Shown here: piece by piece, positions 11,600-24,401 of the stretch
How positions within the stretch are numbered: the stretch's first letter is position 1
How the letters are laid out: each line of letters starts with the position of its first letter
Source of the DNA: Octopus bimaculoides
Taxonomy: Eukaryota
Assembly: GCF_001194135.2 (NCBI RefSeq)
Contig: NC_068981.1
Span: 134,451,292 to 134,515,291, forward strand
DNA: 64,000 bases
Reading direction: 5' to 3'
The notes under the pieces: model-generated
Database searches by the model: none
Told to the model about the DNA's origin: nothing
Seen by the model: only the letters and a program-made list of their open reading frames with translations
Program-made: the position numbers and the translations under genes

Positions 11600-12900
11600 C
11601 CTCCTCCTCCATGACCCATTCCTATTTTCCATACATTTCCTCAAATTGAGACCCACCATTCCCTACTCCTTCATCCATGTTTACCATTCACTGCTTTCAC
11701 TTCTGTCTTCGTCTCTACTGTCTGTCACTCACCTTTCACACTCTCACAAACTTATCTACCCATTCAGCCAGCCATATTCAATTCCTTGCCCCCCCCCCTC
11801 TCTCTCTTTCTCTCCAGCCTCCTTCTCATACCTTGAGGGTATACCATGACACTTTATCCCCACCATGCTTTTTTCCTTTCCTGATTGGGTGAACATGTAT
11901 CTCATCTACAACAAGGCACTGTTCCTTTCTCTCTTTCCTCTCTATATGACACAAAGCCACCTCTGTCAATATTGCACCCTATGGCACTTCATAGGGGATA
12001 GTCAGTTAAAAAGTAGATAAAAAGTCTATGTGACAGGTTTTAACCATTCTTGAATACCAGGAATGGCTCTGCCATGATGTAGGTGTTTCAGTTTCAACAC
12101 ACTCTCAGATTAATTTAATTACCAGACAATTACAACTCTGAAATATATGGCCCCATGTAAAGATTCAGGTATGGCTGTGTGGTTACAAAGTTTACTTCAC
12201 AACCATGTGAGTCTAGGGTCAGTCCCAATGCACAGCAGTTTGGGCACAGGTTTTCTAATATAACCTTGGGCTGACTAGTGCTTTATGAGTGGGATTGGTT
12301 GAAGGAAACTGAAAAGATACCTGTTGTTTATACATGTCACTGCACTCATTAAAACTGAGTGTTTTTGTTTACAATTTCCAGTCAGTAAAGATCTTGTAGT
12401 TCCACTTTTCAGTGTGTGAGTACCAATTGACTGAAAACAATGCTTTACTTGCAGAACAGGTAAGGGTTTTTGACAGGAAAAGCATACAATAGACAACCTA
12501 CATCAATAAGGCAGATGCCCTTTCTCTTGCCAACCATCACTTGTTTCCTGTTGCCAACTGTCATCTGATTCCAGCCACAGAAAATTCTGCCTTAACAAGT
12601 CTCATCTGTCCAAGCTAACAGGGGAAAGTGGCCATTGAATAAATGACAATGAAAAATAGTATATCTTGTGTGTGCATTTAGATGTACAACTGCTACTGTT
12701 GAGTTTAAAAACTTGTTTGTTATACATTTTCCCTTCAGAATAGTTATTATTACTATGATCATTGATTTGCTGTTTTTCATTGTTCATTCTCTTCACATAA
12801 AAGAAAGTCGTCTCAGTTTCTTTTTCCTTAATTATCCTTCTTACTTCAGTGCAGTCGTCTTGCATTCTCTCCTACATCTCTAAATTATTATTATTATTAT

Positions 12901-13370
12901 TTTTCAGTAGTTCTATTTTTATAACGGGCTTTCACTTCACTACCGACTGCAGCTCTGTGTGCCTTGGGTATGTGCGTGGTTTGCTGTGATGCTCTTATGG
13001 TTACTGTATTGAAAGTGTTTTGCGTAGGATGTGTGCAGTGCCCAGTAGTGCAATTTTCTGTATGTTATATATATTTGTAAGTCCTAGTGTTTTTGTTATG
13101 TATTTGTCTGAATATTTTTTTATTATATCTAAGGCACCTACTGTGATAGGAATTGTTTCTGTTTTTAGATTCCACATTCGAGTTACCTCTATTTCCAGGT
13201 CTTTGTATTTTGAAAGTTTTTCCATTTCTTTTAGGGAAACGTCATCTGCTAGTATTGATACATCGATTAGAAAGCATTTTTTTCCTTCATGATCTTTGAC
13301 AACTATATCTGGTCTATTGACCTTAATTTCTTTATCTGTGTATTTTGGCATATCCCAGAGTATGGTTGCT
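12901..13370 (-). mobile_element. Young 5'-truncated R4/Dong-like LINE (RLE domain plus 3' UTR) between (TAA)n tracts
   Basis: ORF 13001-13351 reads NRPDIVVKD...FLIDVS...EKLSKYKDLEIEVTRMW...GALD...QKIALLGTAHILRK. (ATT)n at 12884-12900 and 13371-13394. Confidence 0.9.
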
Positions 13371-14227
13371 TATTATTATTATTATTATTATTATTTTACT
13401 GCTCATGTAATCTTTGATGCCTTGATTTGAAAACTAAAGACCAACCAAACTAAATTTATCCTTCAAGCATACTATATATTCAGTATAAATCAAACTAAGC
13501 ACTCCTTTTCCACATATGATACAGAAGTAAAATCATTATGCATTATACATGAGTGATATTTTTCCTGGGATTTCATTGCTTATAATTACTGATGCATGTT
13601 ATGCACAAGTATGTAATATGCACAAGTATGTAATATGCACAAATAAATATGCTAATTCTAGTTACAATTGAGCAGAAAGACTCCATTCTTTCTCATCTAA
13701 ATTTCAGAACTATAAAAACAGCAATTTTATTAAGATATTAATCCGGAGATTTCTTTAGAAGGAATTGTTTTTGAAAGAGGAATATATAAACCTTCTGAGT
13801 CTGTTAGGCTGTTGCATCTGAGAGTTTAATGTACTTTTCTAACAATCTCTAAATTTACTTAACAGTTTAGCATTTAATCCAGCCCAAATATTTTACATGT
13901 TTTATGTTAAAACTGAGCTGTGCCAACCTCTCACACCTGCCCTACAATGTCATTCTCAAAATATACAAACACACCATTGAACCCTTGAAGCTACAAAAGA
14001 ATGTATGATTAATTCAAAACAATATGAATAAATAAGCATTATATTCAACAAATAAATCTGAATGCTAAAGGGTTAAAGTTTGCTACTAATTAGCATTAGG
14101 TTCTCTTTGGCAAAACATGTTTTGTTGTTATAAGTTTAAATTAGGGACACAAGTTGTATGATGTATAATGGTGCTACTACATAGTCAGTCAATCTACTAG
14201 GAATATCGACCAAATATTCCTTTAATT

Positions 14228-14560
14228 GCATAGCTCAGTGGCTGGAGTATCAAGCTCACAATCATGAGGTAGTGAGTTCAGTTCCTGGACTTGACTGTGT
14301 GTTGTGTTCTTGAGCAAGTCACTTTATTTCACATTGTTCCAGTTCACTTAGCTGTAGAAATGAATTGTGATGTCACTGGTAGCAAACTGTATTGGCCTTT
14401 GCCTTTCCCTTGTATAACATCCGATGGTATGGAGAGGGGTGACTGGTATGCATGGGTGACCTGCTGATCTTCCACAAACAATCTTGCCCAGATTTATGCC
14501 TTGGAGGGTAACTTTCTAGGTGCAATCCCATGGTCATTTGTGACTGAAGTGGGGTCTTTA
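14228..14560 (+). mobile_element. tRNA-derived SINE, family C
   Basis: TAGCTCAGTGG...GAGTTCAGTTCC head, then TTCTTGAGCAAGTCACTTTATTTCAC...CAGCTGTAGAAATG core. Reverse copies at about 42410-42760 and 54670-55010. Confidence 0.8.
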
Positions 14561-14671
14561 TCTCTATCCTTTTATCCTTTCAATTACAACTTGTCTTAAG
14601 AAAATAAAATGACATTAACTAATATAATCATAGAAAATAGATAGTCATGGCTAGGAATGGTTTTGATTCTA

Positions 14672-14780
14672 CAGGGTTTCCACAAAGTCTGGATACTTTA
14701 AGAAATTGTTATTTCTTATATTTAATTGTTTATGTTAGGATTTTATTTACTCCATGTACCCAGTCTTTGTGTACACCCTG
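14672..14780. mobile_element. 109-bp Tc1/mariner-type MITE
   Basis: TA-CAGGGTTTCCACAAAGTCTGGATAC ... GTACCCAGTCTTTGTGTACACCCTG-TA (about 25-bp TIR, TA TSD), inserted into another repeat. Confidence 0.8.
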
Positions 14781-15879
14781 TAGATCTGCCTAATCAGAGA
14801 TGACCTGGATGCTATACAGCCATAATGATACACTCCTCATCCAATCCAACTAAAAGTAATTATATTTTCTCTAGATTAAATTATTAGTGTCAAGATGTAT
14901 ATCAGATTATGAATTCTGAATATTTCATCTTTGTATTTGGTTTGCAAGATTTTTGATGTGAATTTGTGTTAAAGCAGATTTGGCTGCATCTTGGAAAGGT
15001 CATTATACAAAAATAAAAATGTGCACTGGCTCTATTTCACTTCTTTTATTGATATTAGTCAATTACTTAAAGCAGCAGCAAGCTAGCATAATTGCTAGCA
15101 TGCCAGGCAAAATGATTAGTGACATCTCATCCATCTTTATGTTCTGAGTTCAAATTCCACCATAGTTGAGTTTTTCTTCCATCCTTTTGGGGCCAATAAA
15201 GGAAGTAGCAGTTGACCACTGGGCTCGATGTAATTAACTTATCCACTTCCCTGAAATTGCTGGCCTTGTGCTACAATTTAAAAATTGTTAGTCAATTAGT
15301 TAATATTTAACTAATTAATACATTGACTGCTTGATTGATTGTTTGGTCAATTAATCAGCTACATTTGTCTAAGTCCTTTTGTCACCAATCGTGACTTCAC
15401 CAGTGATATGCTCTCTCTCCTACAGGTCTGCAAAAAGTCTTCTGAAAGAACTACACAATAATTCCTGAGATAGACTCAGTTTTTTAAATTATCCATCTCA
15501 CTGGATCCACATAAAAAACACAAGAGCCAAAAATCAAGTTTGATATTTTTTCTTTAAATTTTACATTATAAAAGTTTCAAAACTCACAATATGCATAAAT
15601 ATTGCAACTTGTTAGGTTGGAGATCAAAAATCTTGCAAAATCAGAATAAAGTACTTCTATCTATTCAGCCAGTAATCTATATATTATTAAATCAATAATA
15701 GAAATTGATATTCGAAGCTTAAAAATAAGATGTGAAATCAGAGATTTAGGATGAATATTGTTAACACTCAAGGTGTATTTCATGGTGATGAATGTCTCTG
15801 ATAATGTTATCGTAGAGAGTTTGTGGAGAGTATTTTTCTACTGCTGGCTTTAGAAAAAAAAATTTGGTGTCTATGGAAC

Positions 15880-16034
15880 TGTGTATGTATGTATGGATGG
15901 GGGGGTGGATGTATATATATGTGTGTGTGTGTGTATATATATGTGTGTGTGTATATGTATATATATGCATATATATATATATGTATATATATATGTATAT
16001 ATGCATATGTATATATGTATATATATATATATGC

Positions 16035-16074
<40 letters not shown>

Positions 16075-16145
16075 GTGTGTGTATGTATATATGTATATTA
16101 TATATATATATGTGTTTANNNNNNNNNNGCATATGTATATATATG

Positions 16146-16184
<39 letters not shown>

Positions 16185-16375
16185 GTGTGTGTATGTATAT
16201 ATGTATATTATATATATATATGTGTTTATGTATGTGTATTTGTATATATATATACATGTGTGTGTATGTATATATGTATATTATATATATATATGTGTTT
16301 ATGTATGTGTATTTGTATATATATATATATATGTGTGTGCGTGTGTGTGTGCATATATAATATCTATGTATATAT
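15880..16375. repeat. Complex (TA)/(TG) low-complexity array with a scaffold gap
   Basis: Source of the Y/I/C/V-rich ORF artefacts. N gap at 16119-16128. Confidence 0.95.
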
Positions 16376-17142
16376 AAAACAAAGTTGCCAATAAATATTG
16401 GAGAGAGAGAAACTTGGAACTAATTCAAATATATATGTTTTGCTGAAATTATAACAGTTAATCTTAGTTAAGATGAGTGTTTTTATACTTGGTAGTAATG
16501 TGAGTAGAAGGAAATCTGGATCTAGGTAAATATGACCTGTCTATGAAAGTAACAATAAGTGATAAGACAGAATCAGTGGGGGAGGGGGGAAGGGAGGTAA
16601 AAGGGAGAACAAGATAATAGTGAAAGCAAGTGAAACAGTTATATATCATGTATAACATAAGCTGACTTGGCTTGGTTACGGCAAATGTTAAATTAATATA
16701 CACTCACACATATCTGTTTATGTATGTATGAATGTATGGGGGGGGGGTATGTGTGTAGAAAGGCAAAACACCAAAATTTAGAATATTTTTTTTTAATCAT
16801 AATCATCATTGTCTTCAGCATCATCTTCCTACGTTTTCAGTTCTTTCATACTAGTTTATCAGTATGCCACCTTGTGCACTTCAGTGTTTCTAGATATGTG
16901 TGCTATTGTTCTTTCTAAAGACTGTGAAAGTGCTTGTTGATACCTTGATGCTTTCTGGAGAAAATTTGCTGTATTTGGTTTGTTATTTCTTACATTATTT
17001 TATTGTTAATCTTATTTGTTGAAGCTCATTTTGCAACCAAATGCTTTCATTTCAGTCTCACTATTTTTACACCTTGGACAAGTGTCTTCCAATGCTTTGT
17101 AAGTTAATTTGGTAGGTGGAAACTGTGTTGAAGCCTGTCAAA

Positions 17143-17208
<66 letters not shown>

Positions 17209-17692
17209 GTTCAGTAGTTTTATTTTTATAACGTGCTTTCACTTCACTACTGAGCACAGCTCTGTGTGCCTTGGGTATGTGCTGTGGTTTGCTGTGATGC
17301 TCTTATGGTTACTGTATTGAAAGTGTTTTGCGTAGGATGTGTGCAGTGCCCAGTAGTGCAACTTTTTGTATGTTATATATATTTGTAAGTCCTAGTGTTT
17401 TTGTTATGTATTTGTCTGAATATTTTTTTTATTATACCTACTATTATTCCTACTATGATAGGAATTGTTTCTGTTTTTAGATTCCACATTCGAGTTACCT
17501 CTATTTCCAGGTCTTTGTATTTTGAAAATTTCTCCATTTCTTTTCGGGAAACATTGTCATCTGCTGGTATTGATACATCAATTAGAAAGCATTTTTTTCC
17601 TTCATGATCTTTGACAACTATATCTGGTCTATTGGCCTTAATTTCTATATCTGTGTGTATTAGCATATCCCAGAGTATGGTTGCTTTCTCGT
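17209..17692 (-). mobile_element. Second young R4/Dong-like LINE 3' fragment between (TAA)n tracts
   Basis: ORF 17373-17666 reads ANRPDIVVKDHEGKKCFLIDVSIPADDNVSRKEMEKFSKYKDLE. Highly similar to 12901-13370. (ATT)n at 17143-17208 and 17696-17708. Confidence 0.9.
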
Positions 17693-18271
17693 TTGTTATT
17701 ATTATTATTTTGGTTTGGCTCAGGTTCGGTCTTATTTACATCTGTCAAGTATCATTCACTAAGCTTTGGTCAATATAAAGCAATATGAATGTATTGCCCA
17801 ATGTGTCATGCAGTAGAATTGAACTTGAAATGTCATGTTTGCAAAGCAAACTTTGTAACCACATAACCATACTTGCATATATTGATTAAATTGATATCTA
17901 GAATTTATGTTTATCTCACCAGTCACCAGTAAAAAAAATGGTGATCAAGCTTAGATTTTGCCAAATCATTATAGCATCTGATGGTTGCTAAGTAGAGTAT
18001 TTCTTTCTTTCTTTCTTTCTTCATGGATGACGAGTTCATGTTGACAATATCGCCTGTTTGTCTATTCTCTATCTATATTTACTATTGCCAACTTAGAATT
18101 ACTATTCCTTCTGAGCAAACTTTACTTTGTAAGGGTTTTATTTTCCATTGATTTACTTCAAACATTGATAAAATACAGATCTTATGATAGTAAATAAGAC
18201 TAAAGAGTTATCTGCATTCCTTTATTCACCCTGTTGTTTGTTTTCTATTTTGGGTGTATATTAAAAAATAT

Positions 18272-18440
18272 AGGCATGGCTGTGTAGTAAGAAGCTTGCT
18301 TTCCAACCACATGGTTCTTGGTTCAGTCTTACTGCGTGGCACCTTGGGCAAGTGTCTTCTACTGTAGCCTTGGGCTAACCAAAGCCTTGTCGGTGGATTT
18401 GGTAGACGGAAACTGAAAGAAGCCCGTCATGTATGTGTAT
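18272..18440 (+). mobile_element. tRNA-derived SINE, family A (5' half)
   Basis: GGCATGGCTGTGTAGTAAGAAGCTTGC...GGTTCAGTC...CCTTGGGCAAGTGTCTTCTACT...GGATTTGGTAGACGGAAACTGAAAGAAGCCCG. Confidence 0.85.
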
Positions 18441-18459
18441 ATATATATATGTGTTTGTG

Positions 18460-18785
18460 CCTTGTTTCAGTCATTAGACTATGGCCATGCTGGGACACTA
18501 CTTTCAAGGGTTTAATCAACAACTCAATCCCAGTACTTATTTTAAAATCTGGTACTTATTCAATCAGTCTCTTTTGCTAAACTGATAAGTTACAGGGATG
18601 TTAACACACCAACACCATTGTCAAGCAATGGTGAGGTTCACATACACACATTTATATGATAGGCTTCGTCACAGTTTTCACTCACAAGGTATTGGTCTAT
18701 AATGGAGTACATTTGCCCAAGATACTGTACAGTAAGACTGAACCCAAAACCATGTGGTTGCAAAACATTTATTTTATAACTTCTC
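18460..18785 (-). mobile_element. SINE family A, reverse orientation
   Basis: Reverse complement of the family A head, core and tail. Other - copies at about 31072-31450, 31955-32100, 38560-38695, 50255-50400, 51345-51560, 59160-59310 and 61775-61940. Confidence 0.75.
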
Positions 18786-19128
18786 TACTCATCCTCTCAT
18801 TTTGGGGCAACTTTGTTTTGTTAATCTCCACAGATTTCCAACTCTTTTGTTTCTTGGGGATCTTTTATTGTACGTATGAACATGTCAATGATATCAAATA
18901 AAAAAAGATGTTTGAAAAATTGCTAGGAAATTGGAAAGAATGCTTTGCAATATTCTACCTGGCTTTTAACAGGAGTGGCTCTGTGGTGAGCAGCTTACTT
19001 CCTAATCACATGGTTATGGGTTCAGTCCCACTGCATGGTAACTTGGGCAAGTGTCTTCTACTATAGTCTCAGGCTGACCAAAGTCTTATAAGTGGATTTG
19101 GTAGATGGAAACTGAAAGAAGCCTGTTG

Positions 19129-19167
<39 letters not shown>

Positions 19168-19324
19168 ATGTGTGTGTGTGTGTTTGTGTGTATGTGTTTG
19201 TCACCCACCACATATATATATATGTAATAGGTGCTTTTACGTGCCACCGGCATGGGTGCCATTTGCGTGACACTGGTATCTTCCATGATTGCGATTTTGC
19301 TCACCTTGATGGGTTTTCATATAA

Positions 19325-19730
19325 TATACTAAAAATGGGGAAGGCCAGTTTATGGGATTACCTTTGGTTTCCCGTTCATAAAGGGTTTAGCTTTATGGCA
19401 TATCGTCAGATACCAAAGCCTGTTGGCCCAAGACCTCTTAAGAATTTGATCCATTTCGTTCCCTGGCCAGAGTGTTTTACAGAAACCACATGGTTTATGT
19501 TAAATAGCTGACCAGTAAGCTGTGCTTATACATATTTACAGAAACCACAGGTCTCTCATAAATATGGAATGTTTTGACCTCTAAAAAAAAAAAAAATTTC
19601 CTCCTCCGTATTCTTAAGAGGTCTTGGGCCAACAGGTTTGGAGGTCTGACAGTATGCCATAAAAGTAAACCCTTTATGGATGAGAAACCTAAGGTAATCC
19701 CATAAACCAGCCTTCACCATTTTTAATATA
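19325..19730. mobile_element. MITE with about 120-bp inverted arms
   Basis: 19325-19445 and 19610-19730 are near reverse complements (...ATGGGATTACCTT...CATAAAGGGTTT...CCTGTTGGCCCAAGACCTCTTAAGAAT). An internally deleted copy lies at 33517-33691. Confidence 0.8.
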
Positions 19731-19779
19731 TATTGCACTATATCTTAGTATGTACTTCTTTTGGATTTATGTTTTTTAC

Positions 19780-19832
<53 letters not shown>

Positions 19833-20321
19833 GATGATAGCCATCTCACATCCAACCTGATTGTTCTGATTTACTTTTATCCTTGCGTGTGTGTGGATAT
19901 GCATTGCCATAGGGCTTTATAAAATACAAAATGGATCAAGAAATGAAATGATATTGAGACATTTATACTTCATTAGATTTAAGTGACAAAAGCTTGTATA
20001 ACACTTGTCGCTTTTGGTCACCATCATAAGTTTCAGTGACAAGCATTGCAAGATGACTGCTACCATTTTGACTGGAAGTTTTATATCAGAGTATCTTTCT
20101 CCTAGAAGAGTTGCCTTCCCCACAGCTTTATCAAAAATAACAAGAGATTCCTGTCCCCCTTGGAAATCTATTTAACTTATAGATGGGACCCTGACAGATA
20201 CTACTATTCTGGGTTAGAATGGATCTGGGAGTAATGTAATTAAGTGGTGCCCCATACTCCCCATAACTCTAGATCTTCTGAACTGGAGCCTTGCCATCAA
20301 ATGCAGTTTGGTGTCATAGGT

Positions 20322-20488
20322 TCAAGCATAGCAGTGTGATTAAGAAGCTCACTTTGGAACCAAGTGGTTCCAGGTTCACTCCCAATGTGTGGCACCTTAA
20401 GCATGTGTCTTTTACTGTAGCCCCAGGCTGACCAATGTCTTGTGACTGAATTTAATAGTCAGAAACTGTGTAGAAGCCCATTTGTATA

Positions 20489-20520
<32 letters not shown>

Positions 20521-20740
20521 CATGCACATACTTTGGTGTGTGTCCTCCACCACTACTACTTGACAACCAGTGTTGGTTTGTTTACTTTGCTGTAACTTAG
20601 CAGTTTGGCAAAAGAGACAGATAGAATAAGTGTCAGACCTAAGAAATAAGTACTGGGGTTGATTTGCTCAACTAAACCCTTCAACACTGTGCTCCAGCAT
20701 GGTTGTAGCTCAATGACTGAAATAAGTAAAAGATAAAAAT
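20322..20740 (+). mobile_element. Full-length diverged SINE family A
   Basis: Head, core, internal (TG)n and CTCCAGCATGG...TGACTGAAATAAGTAAAAGA tail. Confidence 0.75.
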
Positions 20741-21094
20741 ACACACACACATTTATAGAAAATTCTTTGATAATATCTGCTCTTTGTTTGTAAAGAAACT
20801 GAAACTGCTTTTGTCTTGTATAGTTTCAGAAAATTCTTTTGCTTAGATGATGGCATAAGCTGGGACCAAGCAAATTGAAAAAGGAGCTTATTAGTATCAG
20901 TAATTTACATTGTTTTATATTCTTTGTTTGTTTTTCATAATGAATGGGTCTCATAGTATTTCACTACTTGTTATTCTTCTTTGTCATCTTGCACACAAAA
21001 CGTCAAAGAAAATTGGCAGTTTTTTCCCCCTTTGTGTGTATTTCTTGTGTTTTGGCATAGATTTTCTTTTCATCTTTTATTATTATTATCATGG

Positions 21095-21320
21095 TTAAGG
21101 TGACGAGCTGGCAGAATTGTTAGAATGCCTGGGCAAAATGTTTAGTAGTATTTTGTCTGCCACTACATTTTGAGTTCAAATTCCACCGAGGTCAACTTTG
21201 CCTTTCTTCCTTTCAGGGTCGATAAATTAAACACCAGTAAAACACTGGAGTTGATGTAATCAACTAGTCTCCTCCCGCCAAATTTCAAGCCTTGTGCATT
21301 TAGTAGAAAGGATTATTATT
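21095..21320 (+). mobile_element. tRNA-derived SINE, family B
   Basis: AAGGTGACGAGCTGGCAGAATTGTTAG...GAGTTCAAATTCC...GGTCAACTTTGCCTTTC...GTAGAAAGGATTATTATT. Other copies at about 15070-15290, 22005-22205, 25985-26110, 29690-29895, 39455-39603, 43980-44165, 57045-57310 (two heads in tandem) and 60508-60720 (+), and about 48897-49092 and 51880-52030 (-). Confidence 0.85.
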
Positions 21321-23104
21321 ATTATGGTTAGGTACCTTTGTTTGTTGGCACCAGCTACATTGCAGTCTGGACCAGTTGCATTTTATCTTGTCACAAGTAC
21401 TAAAGAAGTTGTCTGCATAACAGGACAAAAAGAGTAACCTTCCACCCTATATTAGTTTTTATTCAGAATATCTGTACTAGATGCGTTGCTGCAAGTAACT
21501 TGAAGAGTTTATACCTTTTTGATTCATTTGTATGAAAATACTAAATTGTTGCCACTTTTAAAATTTAAATTCAGTGTTTGTTTATTTTTTAATTTTTTTT
21601 ATTTCTTTCAATAAATTAAAATTTCTATGATTTGCACCCAGACATCATTCAATATCTTAATTAAGCTTTATTGAGTTATTGTTTCATTAAATCAGTAATC
21701 AAAAATTTTACTTATTAAATTATTTGTGTCATCCAAATGAAGATGGTTCACTTCAAGTTTCTTCCAAAATCAGTAACAAAAATGAAACTACCTTTCCTGG
21801 AAATATTTTGCTGCATGGTTAAGGAATCCATTTTAGAATCCTGTAGTTTGGTTTTTGCTCTCACTTTGTTGATGCTGTCACTTGGTGCTCTCTACTTTAG
21901 CTGCATATTATTCAATACCTTGTGATTGAAATTTGTTAGATGGAAACTGAAACAAGTCTGTCATCTACATCATCATCATATTATCATCATTATTAAAGTA
22001 GCTAGCTAGCAGAACTGTTAGCACATCAGACAAAATGCTAAGTGGGTTTTGCCCTTTTTTGTTTTCTGAGCTCAAATTCTGAAAAGGCCTGTTTTGCCTT
22101 TCATCCTTTTGGGGTCTATAAAATAAGTATCAGTCAAGTAATGGGATTGATGTAAATGTCTTCCTCCTCTCCTCATAAACTTCTGGCCCCCGTGCCAAAA
22201 TTTTATTATCATCATTCTTGTTTTAACTCCCACTTTTCCATGCATCCATGAGTCAGACGGAATTTGTTACTGTTTCTGATACCAACTGTCACTAGTTTTC
22301 TAGCAAGGATTCATAGTCAGATGTTCAAACAACAATGCAACCACTGCTGATATATTTACTTGCTGTTTAAGCAATTCAAGTATACATGATACATTAAATA
22401 TCTTACACACATCTGCATACAGCATTAAATAAAATAAATATTATTCAGTTTCAGTACAATGAATTGCTGACTGTTCAGCTATATTTTACTTATATTTTTT
22501 TTTTTCAGTTTATGTTATTATATGTCTATTGTTACATCATTTCATCTATACTATAATGCTTATTAATTAGGTATGTAACAATTACTAAAAGTACTAAAAG
22601 AAAGCAAATATTAAAGGGTTGACCATCTGGAAATATTTTTATAAATTCATGTTCTAAGAAATTTCCTCTAATTTTGATTTTTCAAGTTCATTGAATTTTC
22701 TAAACTCCAATTTCTCACAAATTTAAATATTCCCTGCATCCAATTCATCACAAATTTAAATATTCATTGCATTCACTGCAGAGTATTCCATTTTCGTTTG
22801 CAAAGTCTCGCACTTTTTCTTTTAAGTTTTAATTCGCTATTAATGTATACATAATGTAAAAACATTATTTATTGAATGAAAATTTTTAAAAATACCTGTA
22901 TAATTTTTGAACCTGGGATAGCTGTGAGAAGAGCCCAGAAAGTTGGGTAATTACTATTAGAAGATGAGGAGAAAAAAAAAGTGTACTCAAAACTTGCACC
23001 TTATTCACAGTTTCCAAACAAAACTTCAACAGTGACACACATACACACCAATACACACTCGCGTGCACACATAGATACACATACACACAAATGAAAGCAA
23101 TAAG

Positions 23105-23349
23105 CGTGTGTGTGTGCTGTTCACTGACAAAACTTCATGCTGCATTGCTTTTGTGAAATTTTATCAGTGAGCATGTTGCAGTTTCAAAGCGATGGAAATA
23201 TTTTAGCACAAATGAAGTTTTAATGTTGAAGTGAAACTAAGAGGTTTTGTGTGTTCTTGAATGGTTTACAAACATCTTCCATGCTGCAATTGGTTTTGTT
23301 TTAGCATACGATCTTAGATCAAGTCATTTTGCTATGCAAGTACATCTCC
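23105..23349. mobile_element. MITE with long GGAGATGTACTT... TIR (right end preserved)
   Basis: The right end ...GCTATGCAAGTACATCTCC is the reverse complement of the left end of the 61330-61560 copy, and the internal sequence is shared with it. Confidence 0.65.
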
Positions 23350-24251
23350 GTAATTTTTTGAAATCACTGGATAAATGCCAGCAATGACTTTCTCAGGCTC
23401 TGAAATATTTTAATTTCTAAACAGAAACAATCGGGGTCAGGGAGAGGGGTTACAAAAAATTCATAATTTCTCAAATTTTCTTTTTTATAGCATATAAATG
23501 TATTTATGGAGAAAAAATATTGAAAAACATCAATACATGTGAGAGTAATAAAGAAACAAAGAGGGTTGTCTTTGGATGTGCTAGAAGCAACAGCCAAATT
23601 GCTCTTAAATCACTTTTCCCTCTGAAAATATTAACAATTAAAAAAATTTTTTTTACCGAAAATGCTCTTCCCATGGGTTTGAAGAACAAAAAGAAAAATT
23701 GGCCAAAATAGGTCCAGAGTGAGATGGTGAGGGAGGGGGCTGTAAAAAAAAGAGTTTTCAAAACTTTTTTCATACAAAGATGCCCTGCCTCAACCCCATC
23801 ATTTCAAAGGCTGTGGTTTAAAAAAAAAATAGGGAAAGTCCCACCAAAATTTTCCCCACAAATTTCTTTATAATCGTAATCTATGCTGTTTGAAGGGGAT
23901 TTCTGTAAATTTTTATTAAAAGATACCCATCTCCCTGAAAGTTATGAAGGAAAAAAGTCAGATTGTGTGAATTTTCTGAAACTCTTCTCTCCACCCCTTC
24001 ACACAAATTCTTTCCCATAAATCCCTATATACTCTGAAGCCACAACATCTAAGCAGTATTTGTACAAAGTTTTGTTAAAAAGTATCCATTTTTCTGGATG
24101 TTATGAGGCAACAAAGTCAGGGGCACATATACATCTGTAGTAATGCCCTTTAATTAATACGATTTATTCATTTCATGTTTATTTCATTCATTGTTTGCAG
24201 TGTTCTCTTGTTCTCTCTCTCTCTCACACACACACACTGCAAAGCTTACAG

Positions 24252-24401
24252 ATGGGCGTCTGAATTGAAATCTCTGTGTTGCTTTGACGGGAAGGTAAAA
24301 CTTGACAAACTGCTTCTCCCTCTGTTGTTGGACAACCTTGATCTTTGTTTAAAAAAGAGAGATTATGACTGTGATAAAGTAATGAAAGCAATATTTACTA
24401 A
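24252..24401 (+). CDS. Internal coding exon, 150 nt, phase 2/2: (R)WASELKSLCCFDGKVKLDKLLLPLLLDNLDLCLKKRDYDCDKVMKAIFT(K/N); host gene unidentified
   Basis: CTTACAG acceptor after a (CT)/(CA) tract, perfect GTAAGT donor, symmetric length, unique sequence with higher GC than its surroundings, no stops. Confidence 0.7.

Noticed and set aside
13601-13642. 17-bp tandem repeat x2.5 (similar small duplications at about 22715-22770 and 37480-37530)
   Set aside because: Ordinary replication-slippage duplications.
14228-14300. tRNA-like A/B boxes here and in other SINE heads as tRNA genes
   Set aside because: No complete cloverleaf; each continues into a shared SINE body.
15761-16394. Five overlapping ORFs of 120-184 aa
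   Set aside because: These are translations of TA/TG microsatellite, and the block duplicated across the N gap is probably an artefact.
16578-16605. Potential G-quadruplex (four G-runs)
   Set aside because: Isolated, one long loop, and no supporting context.
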